From: a virus | Lineage: Duplodnaviria > Caudoviricetes | Reading direction: 5' to 3' (one strand) | Length of the DNA stretch: 64,000 nucleotides | Virus record (IMG/VR): IMGVR_UViG_3300017912_002752 | Part shown: in pieces, positions 21,901 to 30,903 of the stretch | Numbering within the stretch: the first letter of the stretch is position 1 | Layout: each line of letters starts with the position of its first letter | Position numbers and translations under genes: made by a program | Notes under the pieces: generated by a model | Databases searched by the model: none | Seen by the model: only the letters and a program-made list of their open reading frames with translations | Told to the model about the DNA's origin: nothing

Positions 21901-23370
21901 TAATGCTTCACTACCACTAACATTATTTAATACACCAATTCGTCTATTGAACGCCTCAACTCTTTGTAGTTTGTAATAAAAGTTTTCAACTCGTTCTACT
22001 GCTGATGAGAAGTTAACAAAGTTTTTAAAGTTTGAATAATCTGTATTTAACTTTACATTACCAAGAGAACCACTAAAAAACTTATCTATAATTTTTTGTT
22101 GTGTTGATGTACCAGCATCTAATAAAGATTCCCATGTTTCGAACTCAGTACTTGCTCCCTTGTTTTCACCCAAGTCAATATTAAAGTTAGGTTGAGAAAA
22201 GAAAGGTGTTTGGTCTTCACCTAATTGTTCAAATAGTATTACTCTATCGATATATGATTTTTGAAGTTGTGCGTCTAACCCAACCGTGTCGTTTACCTGA
22301 ATGTTATCAGGTAATGGATTGTATAGTTTTACAATAGCTTCATCTGTTGAAAGTATCTCATAACTAATTCTTTGATACCTTACACTCCATTGTGATGGTT
22401 GTCCTAATCCAACAACTACACCACCACCTGGACTTCCGTTGTTCCAATTACCAGCTCTTTCTACTGCACTCCTAACCATTTCTTGGGTAACATCTTGTGG
22501 AAGTGACCCTGAGTTTGTGACTGTTCCTAAAGAAAATTTTCTATCCCAACTTAATGATGTATCACCATTTTGTTTTATTTTGAACTGGTCAAATCTACCT
22601 GTTAATTCAAAGTGTGGTGTGGGTTGGCCTGTTATAGTCTTACTTCTATCGATTTTAACTTCTGCGAAAGTTTGATAGTCAGTTTCATTATTGTCATCCA
22701 ATGCACTTTCTAATGCTCTATCTTCGACTGGAAAAAATATTGCACCTGGCTCATCACCGGGAGGGTATGGAAGATAGTCGGTTACTTCACCTCTAATCTG
22801 ACCATTAAACTTTGCGTTTATAATTGGAATTAATTTATTTTGTCCTAAGTTTAAAAGTAATGGTGTATATCTATCGTTTGGAGTTATTATTGAGTTTGGA
22901 GCTTGAACATTACTATTTTTTAAAAACAACGCTTCAAATGGTCCAAGTGCACCTTGTACACCATTAATACCACCTAATCTAACTTCAGTTCTATCTCCTG
23001 ATATTTCTGTGATTTTTACACTTGGTGTACTATGTAAGAAATTATAAACAACAGAATATGTTCCGTTATTAAATCCTGCACTTCTTAAGTCTGATTCAGG
23101 TGATACATATATTGTATATCCTTCTGCGTCATTACCTAATGTCTGAAGTCCTTGTCCAACTTCAGATGCGACTAAACTTGAACCTGCGTAGTAATGTTTT
23201 TCTACATTTATTTGTGTGATTCCATCAATGCCTGTAATATCTGAAGAATTTAATCTTACAAAGTTAGCACCACCATCAAGTAGAGACTGGTCCGCATTAT
23301 CAAATATCTGACCATCAGTCGGTTGTTTTGATAATACCTCATCTTGGTTATAAAATCTATCTAATGCCAT
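18949..23370 (-). CDS. Large baseplate wedge-like structural protein (1473 aa)
   Basis: IAESFGW..WRRLVNNLPGIYKTKGTARS..LISSYGIP..IREYGG resembles the P2 gpI / T4 gp7-type wedge segment; baseplate cluster. Confidence 0.6.
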   Translation of the reverse strand: MALDRFYNQDEVLSKQPTDGQIFDNADQSLLDGGANFVRLNSSDITGIDGITQINVEKHYYAGSSLVASEVGQGLQTLGNDAEGYTIYVSPESDLRSAGFNNGTYSVVYNFLHSTPSVKITEISGDRTEVRLGGINGVQGALGPFEALFLKNSNVQAPNSIITPNDRYTPLLLNLGQNKLIPIINAKFNGQIRGEVTDYLPYPPGDEPGAIFFPVEDRALESALDDNNETDYQTFAEVKIDRSKTITGQPTPHFELTGRFDQFKIKQNGDTSLSWDRKFSLGTVTNSGSLPQDVTQEMVRSAVERAGNWNNGSPGGGVVVGLGQPSQWSVRYQRISYEILSTDEAIVKLYNPLPDNIQVNDTVGLDAQLQKSYIDRVILFEQLGEDQTPFFSQPNFNIDLGENKGASTEFETWESLLDAGTSTQQKIIDKFFSGSLGNVKLNTDYSNFKNFVNFSSAVERVENFYYKLQRVEAFNRRIGVLNNVSGSEALTNITSSARRRDNLIGGFDDFEYWLYYNHDAQIYSHYSSSDFTINPYPKSNRNPDVLYHSTSSQGLNWKTATLASASLYDAQNPNTLSDIIPVNLADDELNAEYKIFVDMLGQHFDISWNYIKSLTDINVREEHPKDGLSNDLIDIIAESFGWKLFNGYSDVGLWQYEFGINQSGNPIQSGSLYSKPTKEIVQETWRRLVNNLPGIYKTKGTARSFKTLISSYGIPSSFLKIREYGGPRVIEDKNIYEHERYVYKLQLDGKNRGSHIWDTINGFRPKTIEYVGKLPKDDHTIFRLNQKDGGQIDLHWDWNNVTRQARLRLKGGSPVIQISSSYFPYRNQRDVVIGFSSASGGYTLDAAFVDDFGEILHHATASTTDNNWNYIWNSSGSSDENKFMSPFTGTNLSGVTNTSTASIQEIRYYKKKLSGEVIDGHAKNREAYYSDDNTTDLDIDTSFENVLYRIFPDSTFNNVSGSISSIHPNQEFTSSDRGFILSASFQHGHPQHLSGEVDTQYVTIPSVGALNLSNNKVRIESSSLQGPLQFDKSNELSQYDQAPLDSNLLGTYFSTTDTVNFDIYASEGYFSVDDLIGDTDVRNIDGYDLLDFRARNYFQKYNRGTALNILIGMLSRYDMSVFDTMKQLVPARADWHKGILIEPHVFERNNYKTPDNIDFTQHQFSSNGISVVSSVTGSYLTYTSSIPQNPFNPSVYKYTNILRFSSSGDYFTDTNPYWEYSPTGSTVLDARLSLSALEPKYFYSNSVSASLGITFANSASFHYARIQDDRLTGGLENLFFKGCRITSDSLTTKSPDTPDNTPVVQITSVDPDILVNNTDGLESSDEVSGGITKPVIVNDILDLVMVTKPYETAQEQNTGKGDMVQDAGIIFRPIPIGPPIVPTVTLGPSSPTLSPPRPVARPVVSKPIILVPDQIGRASAVRVDSNALNRQIGLTQRRQQRAPSAGGVFNPFSSNDNPIQRNVRESKPRFPGG

Positions 23371-23941
23371 TTTTCAAATCCAAAAATTTACCAGTATAAG
23401 TTTTTTCTCTAATTCTTTTATTTACCTTTGATATAGTATAATAATCACTTCCTTCAATTTCATATAGTCCACTAACTAATTCTTTTACCGCTAAACTTTT
23501 TGGTAAAACTTTTTCTTGTAGTGTAATTCCATCTATTGTCTTAATACTTTTTTTGTGGTTTTTAATTCTTTTAAATTTATTGTTTACCCTACATGGTCTT
23601 TCACATTTTTTTCTAACACCCAAATGTTCTTTCCATAATGGTTCGTTACTCCATTTAATATCGATAAACATATTTCTATCAAACCCTAATATCATTGCGG
23701 TATCTAAAATATGTTTTAGTTTATCATAATCTTTTACTTCGTTTCTTAAAACAATATCAACATCCATGGTTGGTATATCTGCTCCATAAATGTTTTCTGC
23801 AAATGACCCAACTAAATAAACCTTATAGTCTGATAAATCAACTTCTTTGTCAAATTCAGACCACCACCCTTTAAAGTTGTCATACCTTGGTCGTTCCCAT
23901 GGTGTCGTTGTTTCAATATTTCCTATTCTAAAATAAAACAT
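23357..23941 (-). CDS. Pol-beta superfamily nucleotidyltransferase-like protein
   Basis: VYLVGSFA..MDVDIVL..FIDI (hGS, DxD, third Asp). Confidence 0.65.
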   Translation of the reverse strand: MFYFRIGNIETTTPWERPRYDNFKGWWSEFDKEVDLSDYKVYLVGSFAENIYGADIPTMDVDIVLRNEVKDYDKLKHILDTAMILGFDRNMFIDIKWSNEPLWKEHLGVRKKCERPCRVNNKFKRIKNHKKSIKTIDGITLQEKVLPKSLAVKELVSGLYEIEGSDYYTISKVNKRIREKTYTGKFLDLKNGIR

Positions 23942-23953
23942 TTAATCTTTCTT

Positions 23954-24562
23954 TTAAGATGGGGATGGTCCACCTGGTCCCATACCACCACCACCTGCAG
24001 GCGGTGGAAGAGTTCCAAACGGATTAAACGAATATCCAAACCCGCCAAAATATCCTGTTCCACTCGAAACACCTACATTACTTGTTCCACCATATCCACT
24101 ACTTGAACCACCACTATTAATTCCACCACTACCAGGACCTACTCCAACTGTTCCGCCTGTTGCACCACCAAACTCAGGATATACATTGGTTGGAAACCCA
24201 TATCCAAACGGAACTCTTGTTCCATCATCTAAAACATTAAATGGTGGCCACTCGATTCCGTTCTCTGATTGGATAACATTAAAAGTAGCCGATGGTGTTA
24301 CTATTGCACCTTGCCTAGCTCTTTGTCTAACTACTTGGTCTGGGTTAATCGTTAATTGTGGGAAACTTAATTCTTTTATTTCTATGTCAAAGTTGTTTAC
24401 TAAATCTGCGATTGAATATCTACTTGGCTTAGTTTGCGTCCCATCTGCTTGGTCTATAAAATAAACCTTACCATACAATGTGTTGCTTGGTGCTGGATAG
24501 GATACAATCTGCCCTCTGACATTTCTTTGTACATCTCTTGTATTTACTGCTACTTCACCCAT
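23954..24562 (-). CDS. Hypothetical structural protein, Gly/Pro-rich C-terminus
   Basis: ORF coupled to upstream gene in structural cluster. Confidence 0.5.
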   Translation of the reverse strand: MGEVAVNTRDVQRNVRGQIVSYPAPSNTLYGKVYFIDQADGTQTKPSRYSIADLVNNFDIEIKELSFPQLTINPDQVVRQRARQGAIVTPSATFNVIQSENGIEWPPFNVLDDGTRVPFGYGFPTNVYPEFGGATGGTVGVGPGSGGINSGGSSSGYGGTSNVGVSSGTGYFGGFGYSFNPFGTLPPPAGGGGMGPGGPSPS

Positions 24563-26640
24563 TATCTAACTACCTTAAAGTAAAAGTTGTCATCGTAGTA
24601 TCTTGTATTACCACCTTGGTCAACTCTAAAAATAAATTTATAAAATCTTTCAGGTTGTAATCCGTTGAACCAAAAGTTAAAATAATTACCACTACTATCA
24701 CAACTTAACTTTGTGTAGTTAGTATCAAATGGAATGATAACTTGTTCAGTTTGTGAATCAACTACTGAATAGTATGAAGTGGTTGGTAAGTATTTAACAG
24801 TCTTCAATGGACTTGTTGAAAAAGTTCTTGCTGGATATCTTTCTCTACCAAAAACCCTAATCTTAGATTTAGAAGATTCTTTGTATTGTTGTTGTAAATT
24901 TTTAACATACAAAATAATATCATCGCCTGTTAGTGCGGATAACGAACCTGTTACGAAGGATGAGTCGTCCCATCTTACCTCTAATACAGGTGGATAAATT
25001 GTATGTGTATCTGATGAAAAGAATTTTATTGAACCAAATTTAGTAGTAGAGTTTTCATCTGCTTTAGATTTCTTGATTATAAATCCATTGTTTGCTCTTG
25101 TACCATTTATCATTTCATTTACATATTCAGTTATTGGTACATCTAAATTATTGGTTGCTTTGGTAAAACTCTGAGTATAATGTGTGCCTGCACTATATGA
25201 TGATGTGAACCATGTTCCACCACCTTCGTTTATTTTGTGATGCGCTTCCCATAATGTATCATGGAATGCGGAACCTGTTGTATCGTGATTTGCTGATTCT
25301 ATTTTAAAGTTATCAATTGAACCACTTGCGTTTAATCCACTACCACTTGCGTAGTAAGTCCATCTAAAGTTGTAATCGCCAGTTTCTCTTGCCGTGAACT
25401 TTACAGATGGTGACTGGCTTGATGTTATGTATCTTAAGTTATTGTCGTAGTCGTTTATATCTACTAGTCTACCTGTTGGTGTTTGGATTGTAAACTCAAC
25501 ACCCAATGCACTACCATCACCTCTTTGAGATGGGAAATTTCCTGGGTCGATTGTAAAACTTGCAGTATAAATTGCATCAACTTGTAAAGGATATGTTCTA
25601 TTAAGTGTTGCTCCACCAAAATCAGATGCAGTTATATTTAGTAAACCATTTGCTACAAACGCTGACCCTGTTACTCCTACCGAGTTTTCAAGTCCTTGAT
25701 TTAAAACATATGTACTTGGTAGATTGTTACCATCCACAACTGAAAATTGGTCGAATACCAATACAGTCTCATCCACAGTTCTAAAAAGTAGGAAGTTATC
25801 AATTGACCCCGCTGAACCATCTGCTCCATTGTCATCAAAGAAAGTATATTGTAGTTTATGAACTCCTGACATACTTGCTGTAAATGCCATTTTATAAGTT
25901 GCAGTAGATGTTAATGATTCTTGGAATCCGACAATATCATTATTTAGTAAAGAACCACTTGGATTGATTACATTGAAATCAACGCCTGATAATGAACCTC
26001 TGTTGAAATCAAATTGTAATTGGTATATAGAACCTGCCTCTAACGAAGATGATAGGTTTGCCGTACCACCACTAAACTGCGAAGAGGACATTTGCATTCT
26101 TCCGCCTGATACAAATAGTATTGGGTCACTTCCGTCTTGTCCTTTGATTTTGTCTACTAACTCAAACCCACCAAGACTTCCTGCGAAGTCTACTGATGCG
26201 AGTAGTGAATTAATTGTATCTGCGTCAAGAGGTTCACCTACTTTAGCTCCTGCAATATTCCAACTTGTACCTGTTGTTCTTTCTGTCCAAGTACACCCTT
26301 CTTCATGATGTGGTGTGTCTGCCTCTTGTCCTAATCCCTCTACCCAAGATTCTTTAATTGGATATACAAATAAATCATAATTATCTTGGATTGCACTTGA
26401 TTCTACATTTTCTAATCTTAATCTATATTGGGGTGATGTGATTGTACCATTAGATACTGATTGAGAAATATCGTTTAGGTTGAACTCAACTAACGCTCTA
26501 CTGTTACCTAATAGAGTTGTGTTATCAGTACCATATAATTTTCCAACCTCAAGAATTTGGTCTTTACCTGTATTCTGAGCTTTACGATTTGAATCTTCGT
26601 AAATTGTAGTATCTTTATTTGAATATATTCTATAAATCAT
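24562..26640 (-). CDS. Virion protein with DNRLRE-like split domain and two inserted carbohydrate-binding-like repeats
   Basis: KDTTIYE..NTG....LEVG..SRALVEF, NNGFIIK, FFSSDT..PPVLEV; two repeats ending GSIDNF. Confidence 0.55.
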   Translation of the reverse strand: MIYRIYSNKDTTIYEDSNRKAQNTGKDQILEVGKLYGTDNTTLLGNSRALVEFNLNDISQSVSNGTITSPQYRLRLENVESSAIQDNYDLFVYPIKESWVEGLGQEADTPHHEEGCTWTERTTGTSWNIAGAKVGEPLDADTINSLLASVDFAGSLGGFELVDKIKGQDGSDPILFVSGGRMQMSSSQFSGGTANLSSSLEAGSIYQLQFDFNRGSLSGVDFNVINPSGSLLNNDIVGFQESLTSTATYKMAFTASMSGVHKLQYTFFDDNGADGSAGSIDNFLLFRTVDETVLVFDQFSVVDGNNLPSTYVLNQGLENSVGVTGSAFVANGLLNITASDFGGATLNRTYPLQVDAIYTASFTIDPGNFPSQRGDGSALGVEFTIQTPTGRLVDINDYDNNLRYITSSQSPSVKFTARETGDYNFRWTYYASGSGLNASGSIDNFKIESANHDTTGSAFHDTLWEAHHKINEGGGTWFTSSYSAGTHYTQSFTKATNNLDVPITEYVNEMINGTRANNGFIIKKSKADENSTTKFGSIKFFSSDTHTIYPPVLEVRWDDSSFVTGSLSALTGDDIILYVKNLQQQYKESSKSKIRVFGRERYPARTFSTSPLKTVKYLPTTSYYSVVDSQTEQVIIPFDTNYTKLSCDSSGNYFNFWFNGLQPERFYKFIFRVDQGGNTRYYDDNFYFKVVR

Positions 26641-26650
26641 ATTTTAACCT

Positions 26651-28576
26651 TTAAAATAATGGTACTACTCTACCTCTAACATCTTGGTCTGGATATTTTA
26701 TTTCAAATATAGATGGGTCTTTTGGTGGATAAACTACACCATTTCGTGTTGCACCCTTAACATCATATCGTTTGTTTGAATATGTCCCACCATACTTGTT
26801 GGTAATTTGCAATCCACCCAATCCGTCTTTGTCTGGTCTTACAACACTTTGTACACCATCAACTTCATCCAACATTACATATAAGTCAGATAAGATTATT
26901 GGTTGATTAATACTTCGTTTGTCTACTTTAAAATAATCTCTTATTTTCTGAATACACTTTAGTAAAACATCATTTCCGTTATAGTTTGGTTTTACAACAA
27001 TTTCAAAATCAACACCAATGTTTACAATGTATCCATTTTTGATATTGATTGCATCAGTTAATATTCTATAATAAGATAAATAATTTCTTAGATTAAATTT
27101 AGTTGCATCGTTTAGTGCAGTTAATTTCTTTTCTTGGTCATATCCCAAACAATAAAAGTTTATACCTAATGGATTTGAAACTGGTCTGGCTTGAGTTGGA
27201 CCACCATCATCAAGTGGAGTTTGTATTTGAAAATCTGGAGCTACATATGCTTTTGCTATCGAACCAAATTGTGGTGGTAGTGCGTATGCTCTAACTAAGT
27301 AATCCTCTTTTGTTACACTTCTATTCTGTGCACTAAAATATGCTTTTGCATTTTCTCTTACTTCTTCTAACTCTTCTTCAAACTTACCACCTCTTGCTGG
27401 TTGGTCATTGACTACTGCAAGTGATTGTTTTATTTCGTTAAATAATGCACCATCTAATCCTGTCCCTGCAGTTTCTATTGTTACATCTGCAAGGCCCGTT
27501 AAGTCGCCTGATATTACATTGTCTGTTACTCCCTTACCAACTCTATAAGTTACAGTTAAAGTTTGGTTTGCAGGTGCAATACCATATGTTCTTGAATATA
27601 AAAAGTTAGATGGGTCTATTCCTTGATTTAAGTTTCCACTTGCGTTGTACAAAGCAGAACCAACATTATCTGGGTTAGGTAATAATTCTTCGTCTGCATT
27701 TGAAGATACTCCTGCTCCAAACTGAATTGAAATTTCCCCTTCGTCTGTAATTCGTGTTACATATCTTTTAGGAACTTTTTTTAATTTTAACAATGCTGGT
27801 GTATCTGCGTTAAATGCCGAATATCTTAATGAGTATTCAGATGTGTTTGGACTTTCTTCAAATACAGTATCTTGTCCAAGATAATCTACCTTTGTCCAAT
27901 CTTCCCCATCGTCATCTGATATTTTAATTACATCAATTAATCCGTCTTCATCTGATAACTTTATTTTGTCATATATCTTTGGTGCGCCAAAAGTAAATGT
28001 TTTTGTTTTTTCTTTTCCACTTGTCGCCTGTACATACTTCTTAAGTAAGTATTTTACTGGCAGGTTTGTACTGTCATCTATTTGATAAACAGAAACTTCA
28101 GTTGGGTCAAACGAAGATGAATAGTTAAATCTAACTTTTTGATTTGTACTGAATTCAATTTCACCATCTGACTCTGCAGTTATCTTTGCACCTTCTTTAA
28201 TTGTTAATGCGTATCTCCAATCAGGTCTTACATTTGCACCACTACCAATCGCAGGTACTAATTGGAACATAGTAATTTCTGCCGTAGCTGGAACATTTAA
28301 TTTTGGTTTATATCCATATGCCTGTGAAATAGCAAATATGTTTTTCTTTTCTTGAGCTTGTTCTAATATAGATTCTCTAAGTTGGACATCAGTATAATAA
28401 GAAAGAACATCACCTACATACGATGATAGTTCCATCATCATCATACCTGGAGATGATTCGTTGAAATCATTATAAGTTTGGGGAAAATAAGTTTTTGCAA
28501 AATCAACAAGATTACTTCTTATTGACCCAAAATCCCTTCCTATTAACTTAACATCCTTTTTAATTTTGTCTGCCAT
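26651..28576 (-). CDS. Baseplate wedge protein, T4 gp6 / baseplate J-like
   Basis: RDFGSIRSNL..DFNESSPG..ELSSYVGDVLSYY, GYKP, IQFGAG, QNRSVTKEDY. Confidence 0.85.
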   Translation of the reverse strand: MADKIKKDVKLIGRDFGSIRSNLVDFAKTYFPQTYNDFNESSPGMMMMELSSYVGDVLSYYTDVQLRESILEQAQEKKNIFAISQAYGYKPKLNVPATAEITMFQLVPAIGSGANVRPDWRYALTIKEGAKITAESDGEIEFSTNQKVRFNYSSSFDPTEVSVYQIDDSTNLPVKYLLKKYVQATSGKEKTKTFTFGAPKIYDKIKLSDEDGLIDVIKISDDDGEDWTKVDYLGQDTVFEESPNTSEYSLRYSAFNADTPALLKLKKVPKRYVTRITDEGEISIQFGAGVSSNADEELLPNPDNVGSALYNASGNLNQGIDPSNFLYSRTYGIAPANQTLTVTYRVGKGVTDNVISGDLTGLADVTIETAGTGLDGALFNEIKQSLAVVNDQPARGGKFEEELEEVRENAKAYFSAQNRSVTKEDYLVRAYALPPQFGSIAKAYVAPDFQIQTPLDDGGPTQARPVSNPLGINFYCLGYDQEKKLTALNDATKFNLRNYLSYYRILTDAINIKNGYIVNIGVDFEIVVKPNYNGNDVLLKCIQKIRDYFKVDKRSINQPIILSDLYVMLDEVDGVQSVVRPDKDGLGGLQITNKYGGTYSNKRYDVKGATRNGVVYPPKDPSIFEIKYPDQDVRGRVVPLF

Positions 28577-28586
28577 ATCTTATTAC

Positions 28587-29018
28587 CTATGCTATTGATA
28601 GACCACCTTGGTTATCTACCTCTACTATAATTATCTGATTTGCTCCACTTTCTCCTACTGAAAATGAAAAAGTCATGTTTACTCTATTTTCGTCTTCAAG
28701 TGATTCAATTATTATTTCTTCCATCTTAATATAGGGTAACCAGAATTTTATATCTTTTTCTAATCCTGCTTTTAAACTATCTAAGAGTTCTCTTGTTATA
28801 TTTTCAAATAAGAATGAAGGTATATCTGTTCCAAATAATGGTTGAAAAGGTCGTTCACCTTTTCTTGTTAGTAACAAGTTTTTTAAATTAGATAACGCTT
28901 GTTCTTCTGTTGTAAATGTACTACTAAATATAGGAGTACCACCCAATGGTAATGGTATTCCTATTGCCACATTTTTTTTTAAATCTAATGGGTTTATTTT
29001 TTTAGTAGGTCTAGCCAT
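28587..29018 (-). CDS. Baseplate wedge / sheath initiator, gp25 family
   Basis: NLKNLLLTRKGERPFQPLFGT..LFE..WLPYI. Confidence 0.9.
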   Translation of the reverse strand: MARPTKKINPLDLKKNVAIGIPLPLGGTPIFSSTFTTEEQALSNLKNLLLTRKGERPFQPLFGTDIPSFLFENITRELLDSLKAGLEKDIKFWLPYIKMEEIIIESLEDENRVNMTFSFSVGESGANQIIIVEVDNQGGLSIA

Positions 29019-29464
29019 TATACTCTACCCTTCTTCTTATCAATTGCTTTCATTAAACCTGAATAATCTTTTGTCAATGCTTGACCAACGCCTGAATTCA
29101 TAACTGCGTTTACATCTACTGCTTTTCCGTCAGAGTCAACCTGAGGTATCATTGATTGTGGTGTTGGTGCACTACTCAATCCCATCATTGATGCCATCGT
29201 AGCTCTGTCCATACCTTGTGCATTATTTGCAGTCAAAGTTCCACCACCCATAGTTGGCCAACTATCAACTGTTTCATTTAATAACTCGGAATATTTTCCT
29301 TCTTTAAATTTAACATTTGGTTTCTTAACCTTTTTAGTTGGTTGAGGTTTACTCATTTCTTGAATGATAGATTCACGAATAGCAAGTTTTTCTTTTGCTA
29401 CTTGTTTTCTAACCTCTTCTTTTATTAATGTTCGTATAGCTTTTACAAATTTATTCGTGTCCAT
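29018..29464 (-). CDS. Hypothetical phage protein
   Basis: ORF in operon with gp25-like gene. Confidence 0.6.
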   Translation of the reverse strand: MDTNKFVKAIRTLIKEEVRKQVAKEKLAIRESIIQEMSKPQPTKKVKKPNVKFKEGKYSELLNETVDSWPTMGGGTLTANNAQGMDRATMASMMGLSSAPTPQSMIPQVDSDGKAVDVNAVMNSGVGQALTKDYSGLMKAIDKKKGRV

Positions 29465-29488
29465 AGTAATAAATAGTTTTATATATAA

Positions 29489-30544
29489 TTATTGTTTCAT
29501 TAAATTTAACTCAGTTGTTATCTTTGCAATCTTACCTTTTATAGTACTTGTCTTTCCTACCAATACACCAGATTGTGCTCCTAAAAGAACATTCGGTCCA
29601 CCTGATGGTGGCGGTGGTGGAACTAAACCACCACCCGTTAAGGCGTTTGCGAATGCATTAACTGCGTTATTTAACGAATCGAGTTCATTTTTAATTTCGT
29701 CTATTTGTGTAAACATATTATCCATCGCAGCTTTCCACGCTGGTGTTGAAATATTTACATCCGATGTTCCTGCCAAGATGACTCTATCCTTTTTGGCGTT
29801 TAACAACACTCTATCTGAGTTTACTAAGAATTGTGGGTCACCATGAAGGTTTGCTGGTTTTACTCCTAATGAAAAAGGATGTGCTTGACTCAAACTAATT
29901 TTTTGTTTGGATGTCATGTATAAAGAAGTGTCGTCTTCATTAACATCTTCTATAACAAATTTATTCCAGCCACTTGTGTTTTGAGTATTTCTAAAAATTG
30001 ATATTGGTGAAGTGGAGTCTCCTGTCCAAGAAGGTGATTGTGTAGTCTGTGCATTTGATGGAGTATATCCTAATCGTATTGTTTGTCCAAACCTACCTTC
30101 AACAATAACATCACCACTAAATGGTTGTAACCCAGATACATCTTTAACTTCTTCAAAACCGAAATCAAATGAAAATGCTGATGTTGAACTTGCGTTTGCA
30201 TTTCCTGCTGCGGCTGATGCATAATCACCTGAGTCTGCACCGCCAGTTTTTATACTTGTATATCCTTTTGGTATTGCGTTGTGATTTACATTCTTCTGTA
30301 ACGATACTGGACTTGTATAATATAATTTTGGTTTACTTGCAGTTGCAGATGAATCTGCAGATACTCTTGGTACAAGATACACCATTTCACCCACAACAGG
30401 TGTTCGTTTTACATTTGTGTCTAAAGGAAATACTATTCGTTCTACTTGACTTTTTCCACTACCAATATTGGTTTTAACTTTAATGGAATATAGTAATTCA
30501 CTATCGGTATCAGTATACTTGACTTCGGTTACGATGCCAGTCAT
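29489..30544 (-). CDS. Baseplate hub/spike-like protein (gp5/gpV-like)
   Basis: N-terminal OB-like P.VGEMV, LQPFSGDVIVEGRFGQTIRLG, beta-repeat NSDRVLLNAK; upstream of gp25/gp6. Confidence 0.55.
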   Translation of the reverse strand: MTGIVTEVKYTDTDSELLYSIKVKTNIGSGKSQVERIVFPLDTNVKRTPVVGEMVYLVPRVSADSSATASKPKLYYTSPVSLQKNVNHNAIPKGYTSIKTGGADSGDYASAAAGNANASSTSAFSFDFGFEEVKDVSGLQPFSGDVIVEGRFGQTIRLGYTPSNAQTTQSPSWTGDSTSPISIFRNTQNTSGWNKFVIEDVNEDDTSLYMTSKQKISLSQAHPFSLGVKPANLHGDPQFLVNSDRVLLNAKKDRVILAGTSDVNISTPAWKAAMDNMFTQIDEIKNELDSLNNAVNAFANALTGGGLVPPPPPSGGPNVLLGAQSGVLVGKTSTIKGKIAKITTELNLMKQ

Positions 30545-30903
30545 TATTCATCTCCTGTATCTTCTTGTGGTAGGTCTTTTTCTACTTCTTCTATTGCGTC
30601 CATAAGTTGTCGTTTCTCTTCATCGGACAACATATAGTTTCCATCACCTGTATTGTTATCTTTCATCATCCTTTGAACAATTGCCGCTAACTTAACTAAT
30701 GCGTCATCATTCTTCACGGATATTTCAAGATACTCCTTTATTAAAGGAACAACTACTGAGGCATCATTTAGGTTCTTGACCATTGGTTCAAGTTGTGCTA
30801 TCAGTAGTTTTATTTGTCGGTCTTTCTTTTTCTGATTAGAATAAATGTCAGACATTATATCTGAAAAAGATTTACCTTTAAATATTTCATCGTCTTTGGT
30901 CAT
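30544..30903 (-). CDS. Hypothetical phage protein
   Basis: Coupled ORF, helical. Confidence 0.55.
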   Translation of the reverse strand: MTKDDEIFKGKSFSDIMSDIYSNQKKKDRQIKLLIAQLEPMVKNLNDASVVVPLIKEYLEISVKNDDALVKLAAIVQRMMKDNNTGDGNYMLSDEEKRQLMDAIEEVEKDLPQEDTGDE

